Assembly: GCA_951406725.2 (NCBI GenBank)
Contig: OX597820.1
Span: forward strand, 67,828,001-67,892,000
Direction: 5' to 3'
DNA: 64,000 nt
Source of the DNA: Octopus vulgaris
Lineage: Eukaryota
The notes under the pieces are model-generated. The model ran no database searches. It was given only the letters and a program-made list of their open reading frames with translations, and was not told the DNA's origin. Shown piece after piece: positions 40,536 to 54,451 of this stretch. How positions within the stretch are numbered: the first letter of the stretch is position 1; each line of letters opens with the position of its first letter. The translations under genes were made by a program, and so were the position numbers.

Positions 40536-40963
40536 AGCGATAGAGACATGTACACACACATACGTACGTTTATATACGCATACATTCATGAATATATACG
40601 TATATAAACACATACATACATATATACATACATACATGTACACAGAAGAGCCGATAGCATATGAATGAGATGACAATGCTGTATGAAGAAGAAGCAATTT
40701 AGCAATGACGTTTATTATAGTAATCAAAGATGATATATTAATCAGCACTTTTATATTTGGCACAAATTGACCAAAGGGAGTAGTAATTAAGCAAGTCTAC
40801 ACGACTCATATATGCTAAAACAATAAAGGTAGAAATAAAAAAAGGAAGACAAGGAAAGATGTAGACAAAAATATGAGGAGACATTATGAAATATAAATCA
40901 TTTGAATGAGACATAATGCATAACGTTCATAGATATGTACACACAAACACACACACGCGCGCA

Positions 40964-40997
<34 letters not shown>

Positions 40998-41164
40998 GTA
41001 CACGCACGTAGATAGGCGCACACATACACACGCGCACGCAGGCACACGCACTTATGTATGGTGCGACTGTTTCGTGCGCGTGTGAAAACTTAGAAACCAC
41101 ACATACAGACACATAGATGTGTCTGTATGTGCGCGTATATGTATATGTATGTATGTATGTGTAT

Positions 41165-41202
<38 letters not shown>

Positions 41203-41309
41203 GCAGAAAGAGAGAAAGAGAGAGAGTCAAGTTTTTACTGCTTTATCTAGCATGGTGGTATCTCTTAGATACTCTTAATTATAATTTTGATATATATTTA
41301 TATATGTAC

Positions 41310-41340
<31 letters not shown>

Positions 41341-41368
41341 TATAAACATATATATATATATACATATA

Positions 41369-41414
<46 letters not shown>

Positions 41415-41473
41415 CATTACGTCATATGCAAGCAAATATAAATTTGATTTTGAAGCACTGAAATGTATTGTAG

Positions 41474-41635
41474 TACAAGTAGAAAGATATATTTTTTAAC
41501 GCGTAAGTACGGAGAGAACAGCATATAAAGGATAAACCCTCTACAGAGCAGACAGCTTTCTCTGCTCTGTAAGGATTTTATCTTGTATATGCTGTTCTAT
41601 CTGTACTTACGCGTTGAAAGATATATCTTTCTACT

Positions 41636-41639
<4 letters not shown>
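41474..41639. repeat. ~165-bp fold-back palindrome
   Basis: TACAAGTAGAAAGATATA...ACAGAGCAGA / TCTGCTCTGT...TATATCTTTCTACTTGTA, short loop. Confidence 0.85.
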
Positions 41640-41699
<60 letters not shown>

Positions 41700-41704
41700 T
41701 ATAG

Positions 41705-41909
41705 TTAATGCAAACATGAATAAAGAGAAAACACAACAATGCGAGGACGTGGAACAAGTATAGTGTTATTGGACGCTCAGCAAAGGGAGGAAAGAATGAG
41801 GATTTAACGTTTCGAGCTGAACTCTTCGTCAGATATAAAGAAAAATGGAAAAGTCCAAGTAAGGGATGACGGAGAAAGAAAATCGCCAATGATACACACA
41901 CGGTCACGT

Positions 41910-41910
<1 letters not shown>
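41705..41910 (-). mobile_element. Penelope-like short repeat with canonical-core hammerhead motif (41802-41836)
   Basis: Minus strand ATAT-CTGACGA-A-GAGT TCA GCTC-GAA-ACGT-T-AAAT. Confidence 0.65.
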
Positions 41911-41985
<75 letters not shown>

Positions 41986-42030
41986 ACGCGGTCATGCGTG
42001 TGTATATGTGTGTTGTGTTGTATATATATA

Positions 42031-42217
42031 CATGGTTGGCCAACAGTCACCATGATTTATATATGACTAACAATGAATTTAATAAAAGCTTCTAAATCTG
42101 AAACTTCATGAAAATAGTTGAAACTGAAGACCTTCTTGAGCGACACATTTTTTGCATTCGAGTTAATATAGAATTACAGATAGTATTTATGGAATTTTGA
42201 TTTACTTCTGGTCAACC

Positions 42218-42220
<3 letters not shown>
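42031..42220. mobile_element. Tc1/mariner-like MITE
   Basis: TA|CATGGTTGGCCAACAGT ... ACTTCTGGTCAACCCTG|TA imperfect TIRs with TA flanks. Confidence 0.55.
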
Positions 42221-42282
<62 letters not shown>

Positions 42283-42680
42283 AATTTAAAATGAGGGTGA
42301 GAAATTGGATATTAATTTAATTAATATCAATTTCACACCAGCGGTCTAGCATGTAAAATCTGAAGGTTCAGTAAATTGTATTATATAAATATGAGAGGGA
42401 TGTGGACAACCCTTATGCTAGAAGTAGATCCGCTATGGTCTTACCACTAAGAAATGTTCTCAAGAAAAATTTAGGAAACATCAGTAATCGAGCAATCCAT
42501 ATTGACATCCGATGTTGGTGTGTTTACGTCCACGTAACAAAGTGGTTCGGCAAAAGAGATTGATAGAATAAGTACTCTAGGCTTACAAAGAATAAGTTCT
42601 GGGGTCGATTTCTTCGACTAAAGGCGATGCTCCAGCATGGCCGCAGTCAAACGACTGAAACAAGTAAAAAAAAATAAAGA

Positions 42681-42733
<53 letters not shown>

Positions 42734-42870
42734 CATATATACATATACATACATACACACAATACACATACAACTAAATTTAAACTGACATTGACCATAC
42801 TTGCAAGTCAAAGCGTTTCTAAACTAAGCACAGAAAAGAGTTTGTATTTAAAATATGAAATTATTTTTAA

Positions 42871-43278
42871 TACTCTTTTACTCTTTTACTCTTTTACTTG
42901 TTTCAGTCATTTGACTGCGGCCATGCTGGAGCACCGCCTTTAATCGAGCAATTCGATCCCGGGACTTATTCTTTTGTAAGCCCAGTACTTATTCTATCGG
43001 TCTCTTTTTCCGAACCGCTAAGTAACGGGGACATAAACACACCAGCATCGGTTGTCAAGCAATGCTAAGGGGACAAACACAGACACACATACACTCATAT
43101 ATATATACATATATACGACGGGCTTCTTTCAGTTTCCGTCTACCAAATCCACTCACAGGGCTTTGGTCGGCCCGAGGCTATAGTAGAAGACACTTGCCCA
43201 AGGTGCCACGCAGTGGAACTGAACCCGGAACCATGTGGTTGGTAAACAAGCTACTTACCACACAGCCACTCCTGCGCC
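42871..43278 (-). mobile_element. SINE A, full length, young
   Basis: Nearly identical to 51511-51912; (CTCTTTTA)n tail on the plus strand. Confidence 0.92.
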
Positions 43279-43999
43279 TAATATTTTCTTGGAATAAAAT
43301 TGATTTTCCAAATGAAAAATCTTCCATATCAAAAGCTTGATTTTAGCGCAATGGAATGAAAACTAAAATGCTTTTTTTCCTAAATAGTAATATATAATTG
43401 TACTCATTTTATTTCGCTTCAATTTTATATCACTTTTGCAAACTACACGATAATATTTTGTTTTACTGTAGGTTACTCGCCATTTTAAATTTTATATTTA
43501 TAATAATACCATACCGAATATCATATAAAATAATCAACTAGTGAAAAAAAAACCTACAGGAAATCTTCTCCCCCTATCTCTCTCGCTCTTTCTCACTGTG
43601 TCTCTTTGTCTGTCTCTTTCTATCTCCCTCTCACATACACACGCATCTTCCGCAAACACACTGACGTATACACACACATATACATATACATACGTGTATA
43701 TGTATATGTATGTATGTATATATACAAGCACATAAACTTACAAGCATCCATACATATATTCATACACATGCATACACACATATACATATATGCCTACATA
43801 CACCCACATATACTTACGTGCATATACACACACACACATACATATTCAACTGTCGCTGAAGTAATATTAAATTAAAATTGCCATCTATGTGTCATACTTA
43901 ACGTAAGTATACTGTCGACAGTCAAATTATTGCATTTGCCGTTAGAGAAAAAAGCTTATTATGTACATGTCTCGTTTAAAAACACAATGAACATTGGAG

Positions 44000-44692
44000 A
44001 GAGGTGAAAAATTGTCCTGGCAGTGGCTAGCAAGAACCCTAGCTGCTGCCGGCACAATTCTCCTAAATGTAGATCTGCATCCGTTTTTACGAAACTCAGT
44101 AGCTCCAAAAGAAATCATTTAGAGTTGCAGATATAACTCTGATATCTTAATGATTTTGTTAAGGGCCACTGCTAATGGTAAAAGAAGATGGATCTTTCAT
44201 TCGTAATAAAGAGAATTTATTAACGTATAGGATGATTTCTTTGACTTCCAATGTCTGTATCAACAATTGAGAAAATTGTCTTTGATATAGCGGAAATATT
44301 ACTCCAGCATGAAGACCATGTCACGACCTTTAAAATTGTTCTCGCGAATATGTATCAATCTAATATGAAAGTTACCATCCATGCAGATAAGGTAATCTGT
44401 AGAAAAAATGAACTCCTCTTTGCGACGAGTTTGCTTTTCTAATTATTGAGTATGTGTTCCTTAGAAGAGACATAGATCTACAGAAATGGGACCAATCTCC
44501 CATCACAGTTTTAGAAACGCACTGCTTTTGCAATATATTGTCGTGCCCACTCATGTCTTGGAAAGGACAAAGTGGATACAACTTTGTGTGCGCGCGCGCG
44601 CGTGTGTGTGTATGTGCGCGTGTGTGTGCGCGTGTGTGTGTGCGCGTGTATGTGTGTGTATGATAGGCGTCTATGTTTGTCTGTGTGTCTAT

Positions 44693-44731
<39 letters not shown>

Positions 44732-45700
44732 CCATCAAATGAGTATTCTTCCTCACTTCGCAAACATGTTAATCGGTTATGTATACAAAAATATTGTTTC
44801 TGTATACAAATATCGATTCAGAACCCCTTACCTTCATTAGACTAAATCAATCGAAATTGATGGTTGAAAGTAATCTGCTATCTTGGTATCATTTACCGTT
44901 GGAAGGCCAAGGTACTTATTAAATATACTCACGGTGCTAATTCCCATGCCAGAAAGTTTGGGTGTCTTGATCATTACATTCTCATGCAATCCGAAAAGGA
45001 CTGAAAAAAGAAACTGAGATATAGGTCAACAACCGCTACATCTCCATGGTAGTGTCGAAGGCTTTTATGATAAAAAGGTAATTGGATTGAAGAAAACTCT
45101 TACTAAAAAGGCCTAGTTTTGTCATTCATGATTGATTTTTCTCATGTTGTTTCAACGTAGTTTATTCTATAATCATCTTTTGCTTAGGCCGAAAGAAAAG
45201 GTCCATAGAAATTAACCAAAAATCTCCAAGCTAAAACTGATAATCTCCGAATAAAAGATTCGGTTTCTTCTCCATGAAATTGTGGAGAAAGATACACATT
45301 ATGGTCCTTGTGCATTTTGAAATGCCAGCTCCTTCCAACAAAGATAATAAATGCACAAAAAGGTATCTCAGTGTTTTCTGGCTGAAACGGAAACCAGTCA
45401 CGATATATATAGAAAAAGTAAACAACGTCAAGGAGTAGTCACGGTACCATTCAAAGAAATACACGTCCAATGAATAGACCCATATTTACGACTACCTTCG
45501 AAGACCAATAAAGCAATATCAGCAGAAACTGAATTGTGGCAGGTACCCTCAAAAGATGTTGACAAAAAGGATACGTGGAAAAATTTGAGAAATGCACCGA
45601 TCTACATTGATACAGTTTTCATCAACTTCACGACCTTGGAAGAGAAACGGTATTTTGCATATTAAGAAGGGAAGTACTTAGTATTTTTGTTATAGCTTAT
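44000..45700 (+). pseudogene. Heavily decayed autonomous Helitron RepHel remnant
   Basis: Collinear remnants KVTIHADK, RRDIDLQK..ETH..PLMSWKGQSGYNF, IDSEPLTFIRLNQSKL, ITFSCNPK, HYGPCAF*N..KDNKCTKRY. An MISFGAT (cf. QMTSFGA) piece at ~44000-44160 is inverted. Many stops; interrupted by microsatellites. Confidence 0.75.
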
Positions 45701-45784
45701 ACACAGGTAGAAGAACATTAGTTTGATATCGATGGAGAGAAGAAGGTAGACATCATGTCAGATGGGTTGATGCAAGAGATGTTG

Positions 45785-45836
<52 letters not shown>

Positions 45837-46554
45837 TACATATTCATATTGCGTTTTGTCTGTACTTGTTTCGGTCACGTTAGGGTATCGACGTCAATGG
45901 GCATATTATTAAGACAGGTGGTTATTCCACTGGACCCTTTGCTGAAACTACTAAATTTTAGAGGCGTAAAAACAAACCTTGTCAAGCGATGGTCAAACAC
46001 AAAAACGTATGCTCATACATATATACATTTATACAAAGGGTTTCCGTACAGTTTCCGCCAAATAAATTCACTAAATAAGGAATAGGTCTGCGCGGGGATA
46101 TATCAAAAGGTAGTCGTGATCGGTACAGCTGAGGGGATCTGTACTACGTGGTCGCAAACTGAGCTTCTGAACCATACAAACATGCCTGCTCTTTTATGTG
46201 TGTGGATACATACACACACACACACGCAGAACAAAGATGAAAACAGATAGTTTGCTGAGAGAGGACTGAGACAAAAAGGCAACGAATGTGGTTCAACTTG
46301 GAGACGGATTAAGATAATGAAACAAAGGTGTCTGCTAAGATTCCGTATACTCCACCACTACCTCCTCATCATCATCGTCACCTCCCATCTCTCATTAACA
46401 TAACTGAGTCTTATAAAGCCGGTTACCAAATTTCCATGGCGTATAAGCAACCAAGAAAACAACACTTCGGTGCACATACACATAAAAATATATTACATGA
46501 AATACAACAATATATACATATTAGAGACATATACATTATATATATATATATACA

Positions 46555-46620
<66 letters not shown>

Positions 46621-47184
46621 TATACACGGGTGTGTGTATAATAAAGACGAAAACTAATTTCTGTGTGTCAATGTGTCACACTTTGATCCCCTCCCTTACT
46701 ATTCAGTGACACTGCTACTATTCCTCATACTGGGATCAGAGTAATAATAAGCATAAAGACGGTGAATGCGGTGGCGAAGAGAGAGAGAGAGAGAGAGAGA
46801 CAAAGAGAGAGAGAGACAAAGAAATTTAGGGAGGCTTGATGATGTTTTATTAAAAGTAGTAGTGTTGATGGTGGCAATGGGAGTAATGGTAAGTGAGAGA
46901 GAAAGAGGGAGATGATGTACAACTTTGTTTAACCATGTCTCTTTGACAGAAATTCCCGTGGCCAACATACTGAACAAATATACTGAACAGTAACTTCTTT
47001 TACACACACATTTAGACCTTTGCTTTTATCATTTTTGGTTTCTTTAATACATATGTACACACACACACACACGCACACACACAAATATAAAAACGCTTTA
47101 ACTGAAATAAAGCTTCCTCCAAATTAAACATATCTAATATAATAAATGTAAATGTTAGCTTGTCACACTTTTTCAACTTTAATA

Positions 47185-47400
47185 AATCATTTCTACTGGA
47201 AGCACAAGGCCTTAAATTTTGAAGGAAGGTATTATGTCGATTACATCGACCCCAGTACGTAACTAATATTAGTTTTATCGACCCTAAAAGGATGAAGGGT
47301 AAAGTCGACCTCGACGGATTCTAACTCAAAACCTAACGGCAGACGAAATAACGCTAAGCATTTCGACCAGCGTGCTAACGATTCTGCCATCTTGCCACCT
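47185..47400 (-). mobile_element. SINE B monomer
   Basis: Reverse complement of AGGTGGCAAGATGGCAGAATCGTTAGCACG...CCTTGTGCTTCCAGTAGAAATGATT. Confidence 0.85.
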
Positions 47401-48330
47401 TAATACAATAATATAATATAATATAATATAATATAATATAATATAATATAATATAATATAATATAATATAATATAATATAATATAATATAATATAATATA
47501 ATATAATTAATATAATATAATATAATATAATATAATATAATATAATATAATATAAATAATATAATATAATATAATATAATATAATATAATATAATATAAT
47601 ATAATATAATATAATATAATATAATATAATATGATATAATATAATATAATATAATATAATATAATATAATATAATATAATATAATATAATATAATATAAT
47701 ATAATATAATATAATATAATATAATATAATATAATATAATATAATATAATATAATATAATATAATATAATATAATATAATATAATATAATATAATATAAT
47801 ATAATATAATATAATATAATATAATATAATATAATATAATATAATATAATATAATATAATATAATATAATATAATATAATATAATATAATATAATATAAT
47901 ATAATATAATATAATATAATATAATATAATATAATATAATATAATATAATATAATATAATATAATATAATATAATATAATATAATATAATATAATATAAT
48001 ATAATATAATATAATATAATATAATATAATATAATATAATATAATATAATATAATATAATATAATATAATATAATATAATATAATATAATATAATATAAT
48101 ATAATATAATATAATATAATATAATATAATATAATATAATATAATATAATATAATATAATATAATATAATATAATATAATATAATATAATATAATATAAT
48201 ATAATATAATATAATATAATATAATATAATATAATATAATATAATATAATATAATATAATATAATATAATATAATATAATATAATATAATATAATATAAT
48301 ATAATATAATATAATATAATATAATATAAA
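47401..48330. repeat. (AATAT)n pentanucleotide array, ~930 bp
   Basis: Direct reading; nearly perfect. Confidence 0.98.
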
Positions 48331-48741
48331 ATAATGTGAATGTCAGTGTGTCAGTGTCACACTTTTTTCAACTTTACTCTGAGAGTCCGTAGCCCAACAT
48401 ATCATACCATTTGGGAATCAGGCTGACTCCGCGAGTAAATTAAAAACATTCCGGACCGAATCAGACCTGCAATACTGAAATTTTGGATTCCTATGTTTTC
48501 ATTACTACGACTGCCTTCAGCGAATTTTTTTTACATGATTTTTTTTTTTTTGCGACGAATATGGTCATCATTGGGGTATGACTCTGGAGGAAGCAATTGC
48601 AACAAATTCTCCAAAACAAGTCAGAAGTCTGTTTGCAGATTTTCCCATTCGGGGTCAGTTGCTTAAAAGCTTTATACTAGCTTAAAAGCCGCTGTAACGG
48701 GTGGCTTTTAAGCTATTATATCTATATATATATATATAGAT

Positions 48742-48899
48742 AGGGAGAATTCACAAAAAAAACAAACAAACAAAAGACAAAGACAGATGGTGTAGACGGC
48801 AAAACAGATGTATTAGTATAGCGCTCGGGAAGTGAAAAAGTCTTTAACGTTTCGAGCCTACGCTCTTCCACAGAAAGAAACGAGGAGAGAAAATAAAGA

Positions 48900-48900
<1 letters not shown>
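48742..48900 (-). mobile_element. Penelope-like short repeat with hammerhead-like motif (48841-48878), in (TA)n
   Basis: Minus strand TCTTT-CTGTGGA-A-GAGC GTAG GCTC-GAA-ACGT-T-AAAGA. Confidence 0.65.
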
Positions 48901-48960
<60 letters not shown>

Positions 48961-49420
48961 CGTGCATGTGCACGCGTGTGTGTATGTTTGCATTTATGCA
49001 TTTATTTGTGTATGTATCTGAAATGGAAAGACTGAAAATCTTGGGTGCTATCTTAAGACTATATATATATGTACATATGTATTAAAGCGGTGAGTTGGTA
49101 GGACCATTGACACGCCCGACAAAATGTTTAGTGACATTTCGTCTGTCTTTAAATTCTCCGACGAGATCACCTGTTTTTTTTTTTTTTATCCATGCGGCGT
49201 CGATAGAAAGTAAGTACCAGTCAAGCACCGGTGTTCATGAAATCTATCTCACCCTGCCCAGAAAACTTGGTGTGCTAAAATTTAAAACTACATATATGCA
49301 TAAAAATGTGTGTGCGTGTGTGTATAAATGTCTACACACATATATATACGAGCATACACAGACAGACAGACACACACACATATTTACCTAATTATATATA
49401 ATTATTATATTATATATATA

Positions 49421-49721
49421 TGTTTGTTCCTTCTCGAGCCATGTCTGGCTCATAAGGGCCGGTTTCCCGGTTTCCTTGGCGTATAGGTTCCCTACCTGGA
49501 CGGGACGCCGGTCAATCGCAGGTGAGCTGCAAGATGCAGGAGGAAAGAGTGAGAGAAAGTTGTGGTGAAAGAGTCAGCAGAAGTTCGCCATTACCTTCTA
49601 CCGGAGCCGCGCGGAGCTTAGGTGTTTCGCTCTTAAACACGTACATCACCGGGTCTGAGATTCGAACCCACGATCCCTCGACCGCAAGTCCGCTGCTTTA
49701 ACCACTAGGCCATGTGCCTCC
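49421..49721 (-). mobile_element. SINE family C variant (different 3' tail from the 27944 copy)
   Basis: GGAGGCACATGGCCTAGTGGTTAAAGCAGCGGACTTGCGGTCGAGGGATCGTGGGTTCGAATC head; shared GAGCGAAACACCTAAGCTCC body. Confidence 0.75.
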
Positions 49722-49747
49722 ACACACACACACACACACATATATAA

Positions 49748-49780
<33 letters not shown>

Positions 49781-50027
49781 GATATATATATATATATATA
49801 TATATATATCATACACACACACAAACACACAAACAAACAAACATGCATTCATGTATATATTGCTATAATCTTATAAGGTTGCAAACACACGTTCGAACAC
49901 ATACACAATATAGATTTTTGTGTGTATATTGTTTTCACCTATATAACTGTGTAGTATTTCAAAACCAGAATGCAATTTAATATAGCACTTATAATCTATA
50001 TGCCCCTACGCGCGCGCACATGCCCAC

Positions 50028-50095
<68 letters not shown>

Positions 50096-50217
50096 CACAC
50101 ACATACATAGAGTCATCCCTATATACATGCATGAATATGTTAACACACACAGGAACAAATAGAAGCGCAAATATATATACATAGAATTAGACATGTATGT
50201 ATATGTATAGCAGACTG

Positions 50218-50337
<120 letters not shown>

Positions 50338-50543
50338 CAGATAGATAGATGGATAGATAGATATAGGGATATATTAACTATGTGCATGTGTTGAGAGTTT
50401 TGCTAGGTTTGATTGTAAGATGTATTTATTTAAATACTGAAATTAAATGGAAGTGCCGAATAAGAAAGTTCACATCGTTTCTATGTATGTATGTATGTAT
50501 GTATGTATGTATGTATGTATGTATGTATGTATGTATGTATGTA

Positions 50544-50574
<31 letters not shown>

Positions 50575-50583
50575 ATGTATGTA

Positions 50584-50616
<33 letters not shown>

Positions 50617-50720
50617 ATGTATGTATGTATGTATGTATCTGTTTGTCTGTCTGTCTTTCTGTCTATCTATTTCTATCTGCCACTTTTTCTCTATTTTACT
50701 CTCTTTCTCTCTTTGCGCGC

Positions 50721-50783
<63 letters not shown>

Positions 50784-51045
50784 TATGTGTGTACATTTAT
50801 AGTATATACGTATATATGTATGTTTTTTACGAATATATGATTTCATAGACATACAACGTTCAAGTATAACGCAACAAATTGCTACATCGCATTTTAAATT
50901 CATTTTAAATTCGAATGCTTTCGTTGCTACTTATTCGTTTATTTAATAAAACTATCAATATAATGGATTGGATTAATTAGCACGAAATATATCAATACTT
51001 AAGAAGCAATGACATCAACCAAACCATATAAAGTATAGTGCATAT

Positions 51046-51093
<48 letters not shown>

Positions 51094-51336
51094 ATATGTG
51101 GATGTGTGTGTGTGTATTAATATATATATATATTTACATGTCGTTGACGTCATAAAAATTTCGGGAGAACATGAAACTGGAGCTCGAAGCACATATAACG
51201 CTATCTAAATATTGGGTTGAAAAACCCATTTCGATAGAAAAAGTAGAAGGCTTCTGGTAGGACTCGGCTTTTTCTATACAAAAGTGTTTTAGAACCCAAA
51301 ATTGACACGCTAATATTTATAATTCGGCTTCCAGTT

Positions 51337-51375
<39 letters not shown>

Positions 51376-51403
51376 GTATACATACACACACACACACACA
51401 CAC

Positions 51404-51465
<62 letters not shown>

Positions 51466-51510
51466 AATCTTTGGTCGAAACATATCTAAGTTTTATCTAA
51501 GTTTTATATA

Positions 51511-51912
51511 TACTCTTTTACTCTTTTACTTGTTTCAGTCATTTGACTGCGGCCATGCTGGAGCACCGCCTTTAATCGAGCAACTCGACCCCAGGACTTA
51601 TTCTTTTGTAAGCCCAGTACTTATTCTATCGGTCTCTTTTGCCGAACCGCTAGGTAACGGGGACATAAACACACCAGCATCGGTTGTCAAGCAATGCTAG
51701 GGGGACAAACACACTCACACAAACATATATATACATATATACATATATACGACGGGCTTCTTTCAGTTTCCGTCTACCAAATCCACTCACAAGGCTTTGG
51801 TCCGCCCGAGGCTATAGTAGAAGACACTAGCCCAAGGTGCCACGCAGTGGGACTGAACCCGGAACCATGTGGCTGGTAAACAAGCTACTCACCACACAGC
51901 CACTCCTGCGCC
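51511..51912 (-). mobile_element. SINE A, full length
   Basis: Complete match to the family. Confidence 0.92.
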
Positions 51913-51972
51913 TATATATATTTATAATATATATATATACATATATATATATCCATCCATCCATCCATCCAT

Positions 51973-52024
<52 letters not shown>

Positions 52025-52305
52025 ACACAACCGAAATAAAATGAAATGGATTTTAATGAAAGGAATTTTAATTCATTCCTAAAATTATATAAAAGCCAGT
52101 TTCAAATATTCCTGTTTATAAAAAAAATTTAAAGCAGTTAAATACTGAAACCGCTAATTCATTATAATATAATAGATACGTTTTATCAAACCTAAATATC
52201 CAATAAAAACTCTCGCCCTATTCATTTTTTACTATAAGCATTTATTCGAGAAAAAAAATTGCGGAAATAACTTAAGTCTATATTACTTAAGTGAGCACTG
52301 TAGAA

Positions 52306-52427
<122 letters not shown>

Positions 52428-52771
52428 ACATCCCACAACATTGTAGATCTGAATTTATAAAACTTTTCTTCGTGTGAATGCAATATAGATGCATGTTATG
52501 TTCGTTAGGTTCCAGCGATACGTATTTTAGCGTAGTCGTATTTAGAAGAACGTGTGGTTAGCGTTTTTACAAAAAAAGACTGTATTCAAAACATATTTAC
52601 ACGCACACACGCACACACGCACACACGCACACTCACACACGCACACATTCATACATATTTACAAAGAGAAGAGTGTATATATTTGCGTGTGCGATGCGTA
52701 TGTGGACACATGTGCATTCATATAAGTATGTGTATACATGTACATTCATATATAGGTAGATGCCTAAACTC

Positions 52772-52811
<40 letters not shown>

Positions 52812-52931
52812 ACATATATGTCTATATGTGTGTATGTAAGCATACATGTATGTATATGGTTGTCTATTTAGTAATCTTTTTCTCTTTATATGTATGTGTC
52901 TTCATTCATGTCTATATATATATGTACATAT

Positions 52932-53007
<76 letters not shown>

Positions 53008-53094
53008 CTGTTATATACATAATAGAAAGACACACATGCACTTGTAAATACACAGTTCTATCTCTCTCTCACTCACTATCTATGCATCCAACTT

Positions 53095-53167
<73 letters not shown>

Positions 53168-53176
53168 TTATTTATC

Positions 53177-53207
<31 letters not shown>

Positions 53208-53298
53208 CTATCTATTTATATATCTATCTATCTATCTGTTTACATATAAATGCATATATATGTCTATATGTTTATACAAACCTATACAAGTGTATATT

Positions 53299-53341
<43 letters not shown>

Positions 53342-53347
<6 letters not shown>

Positions 53348-53558
53348 TATATAGAAGGAGCTTCTACAGGACTAGAACTGTTTCATTCAAGAGAAATCTT
53401 CAGGAAGCTCTGAAGATTTCAGGAAGCTTCCTGAAGATTTCTCTTGAATGAAACAGTTCTAGTCCTGTAGAAGCTCCTTCTATATAATAAATTAATTTTA
53501 CTCTGCTATGTATTGAGTACCTTATTTACTGTGGTTAACCCCGAATCAACCCGGGACC

Positions 53559-53562
<4 letters not shown>
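53342..53562. mobile_element. Penelope-like fragment with perfect inverted duplication and back-to-back hammerhead motifs
   Basis: 53342-53408 is the exact reverse complement of 53426-53492. Each arm holds GCTTC-CTGAAGA-..-GAAACAG..CTGTA-GAAGC. (TA)n on both sides. Confidence 0.75.
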
Positions 53563-53598
<36 letters not shown>

Positions 53599-53687
53599 AA
53601 TACATAACTGTACATATATGTATAAATATGCATATCTGTATATATATATATATGTGTGTGTGTGTGTATGTATATAGACATATACAT

Positions 53688-53738
<51 letters not shown>

Positions 53739-54185
53739 CACATAATCATGTATATTTGCATATGACTATATGCATTTGTTTAAAGATGAAAAGCTGTTCA
53801 GCTATACAGCAGTCATATTTGTATATGTATATGTATGTCTGTATGCGTGTGTGTGTTTGTGTGTGTGTGTAAGTATATATGCAAGTGTATGCATGTGTTT
53901 ATCATTAAATATAGATGTGTACGTGAATGTATATTGATCTCAATTATTTAATTATACGCATATCTCTTTTCATATTTATTGAATTAAATAAATATATCAC
54001 ATTTATTTTAACGTAAGAATCCCCTTTAATTCATCTAACACCCTCCATTGTCTCTTTTTCTTTTTCTCTCTCCACCTCACCTTTTATTTTCTTAAAGTAT
54101 ATTATAGAAATATAATTAAATACACGTAAAATTAGATCTTTTGTCTATACATGCGCGCACACCCCACGTGCACACACCCACTCAA

Positions 54186-54273
<88 letters not shown>

Positions 54274-54397
54274 CATACATACACTCACTCATATATATAC
54301 ATGTACCTAAATATATCTAAATATACAAGTAAATATATGTGCATTTATACACAAACATGAATATACAAATATACATACATACACATATATGTACAAG

Positions 54398-54451
<54 letters not shown>

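Noticed and set aside
47401-48330. CRISPR array or telomere
   Set aside because: Pure pentamer repeat with no spacers, no cas genes, eukaryotic context, and not G-rich.
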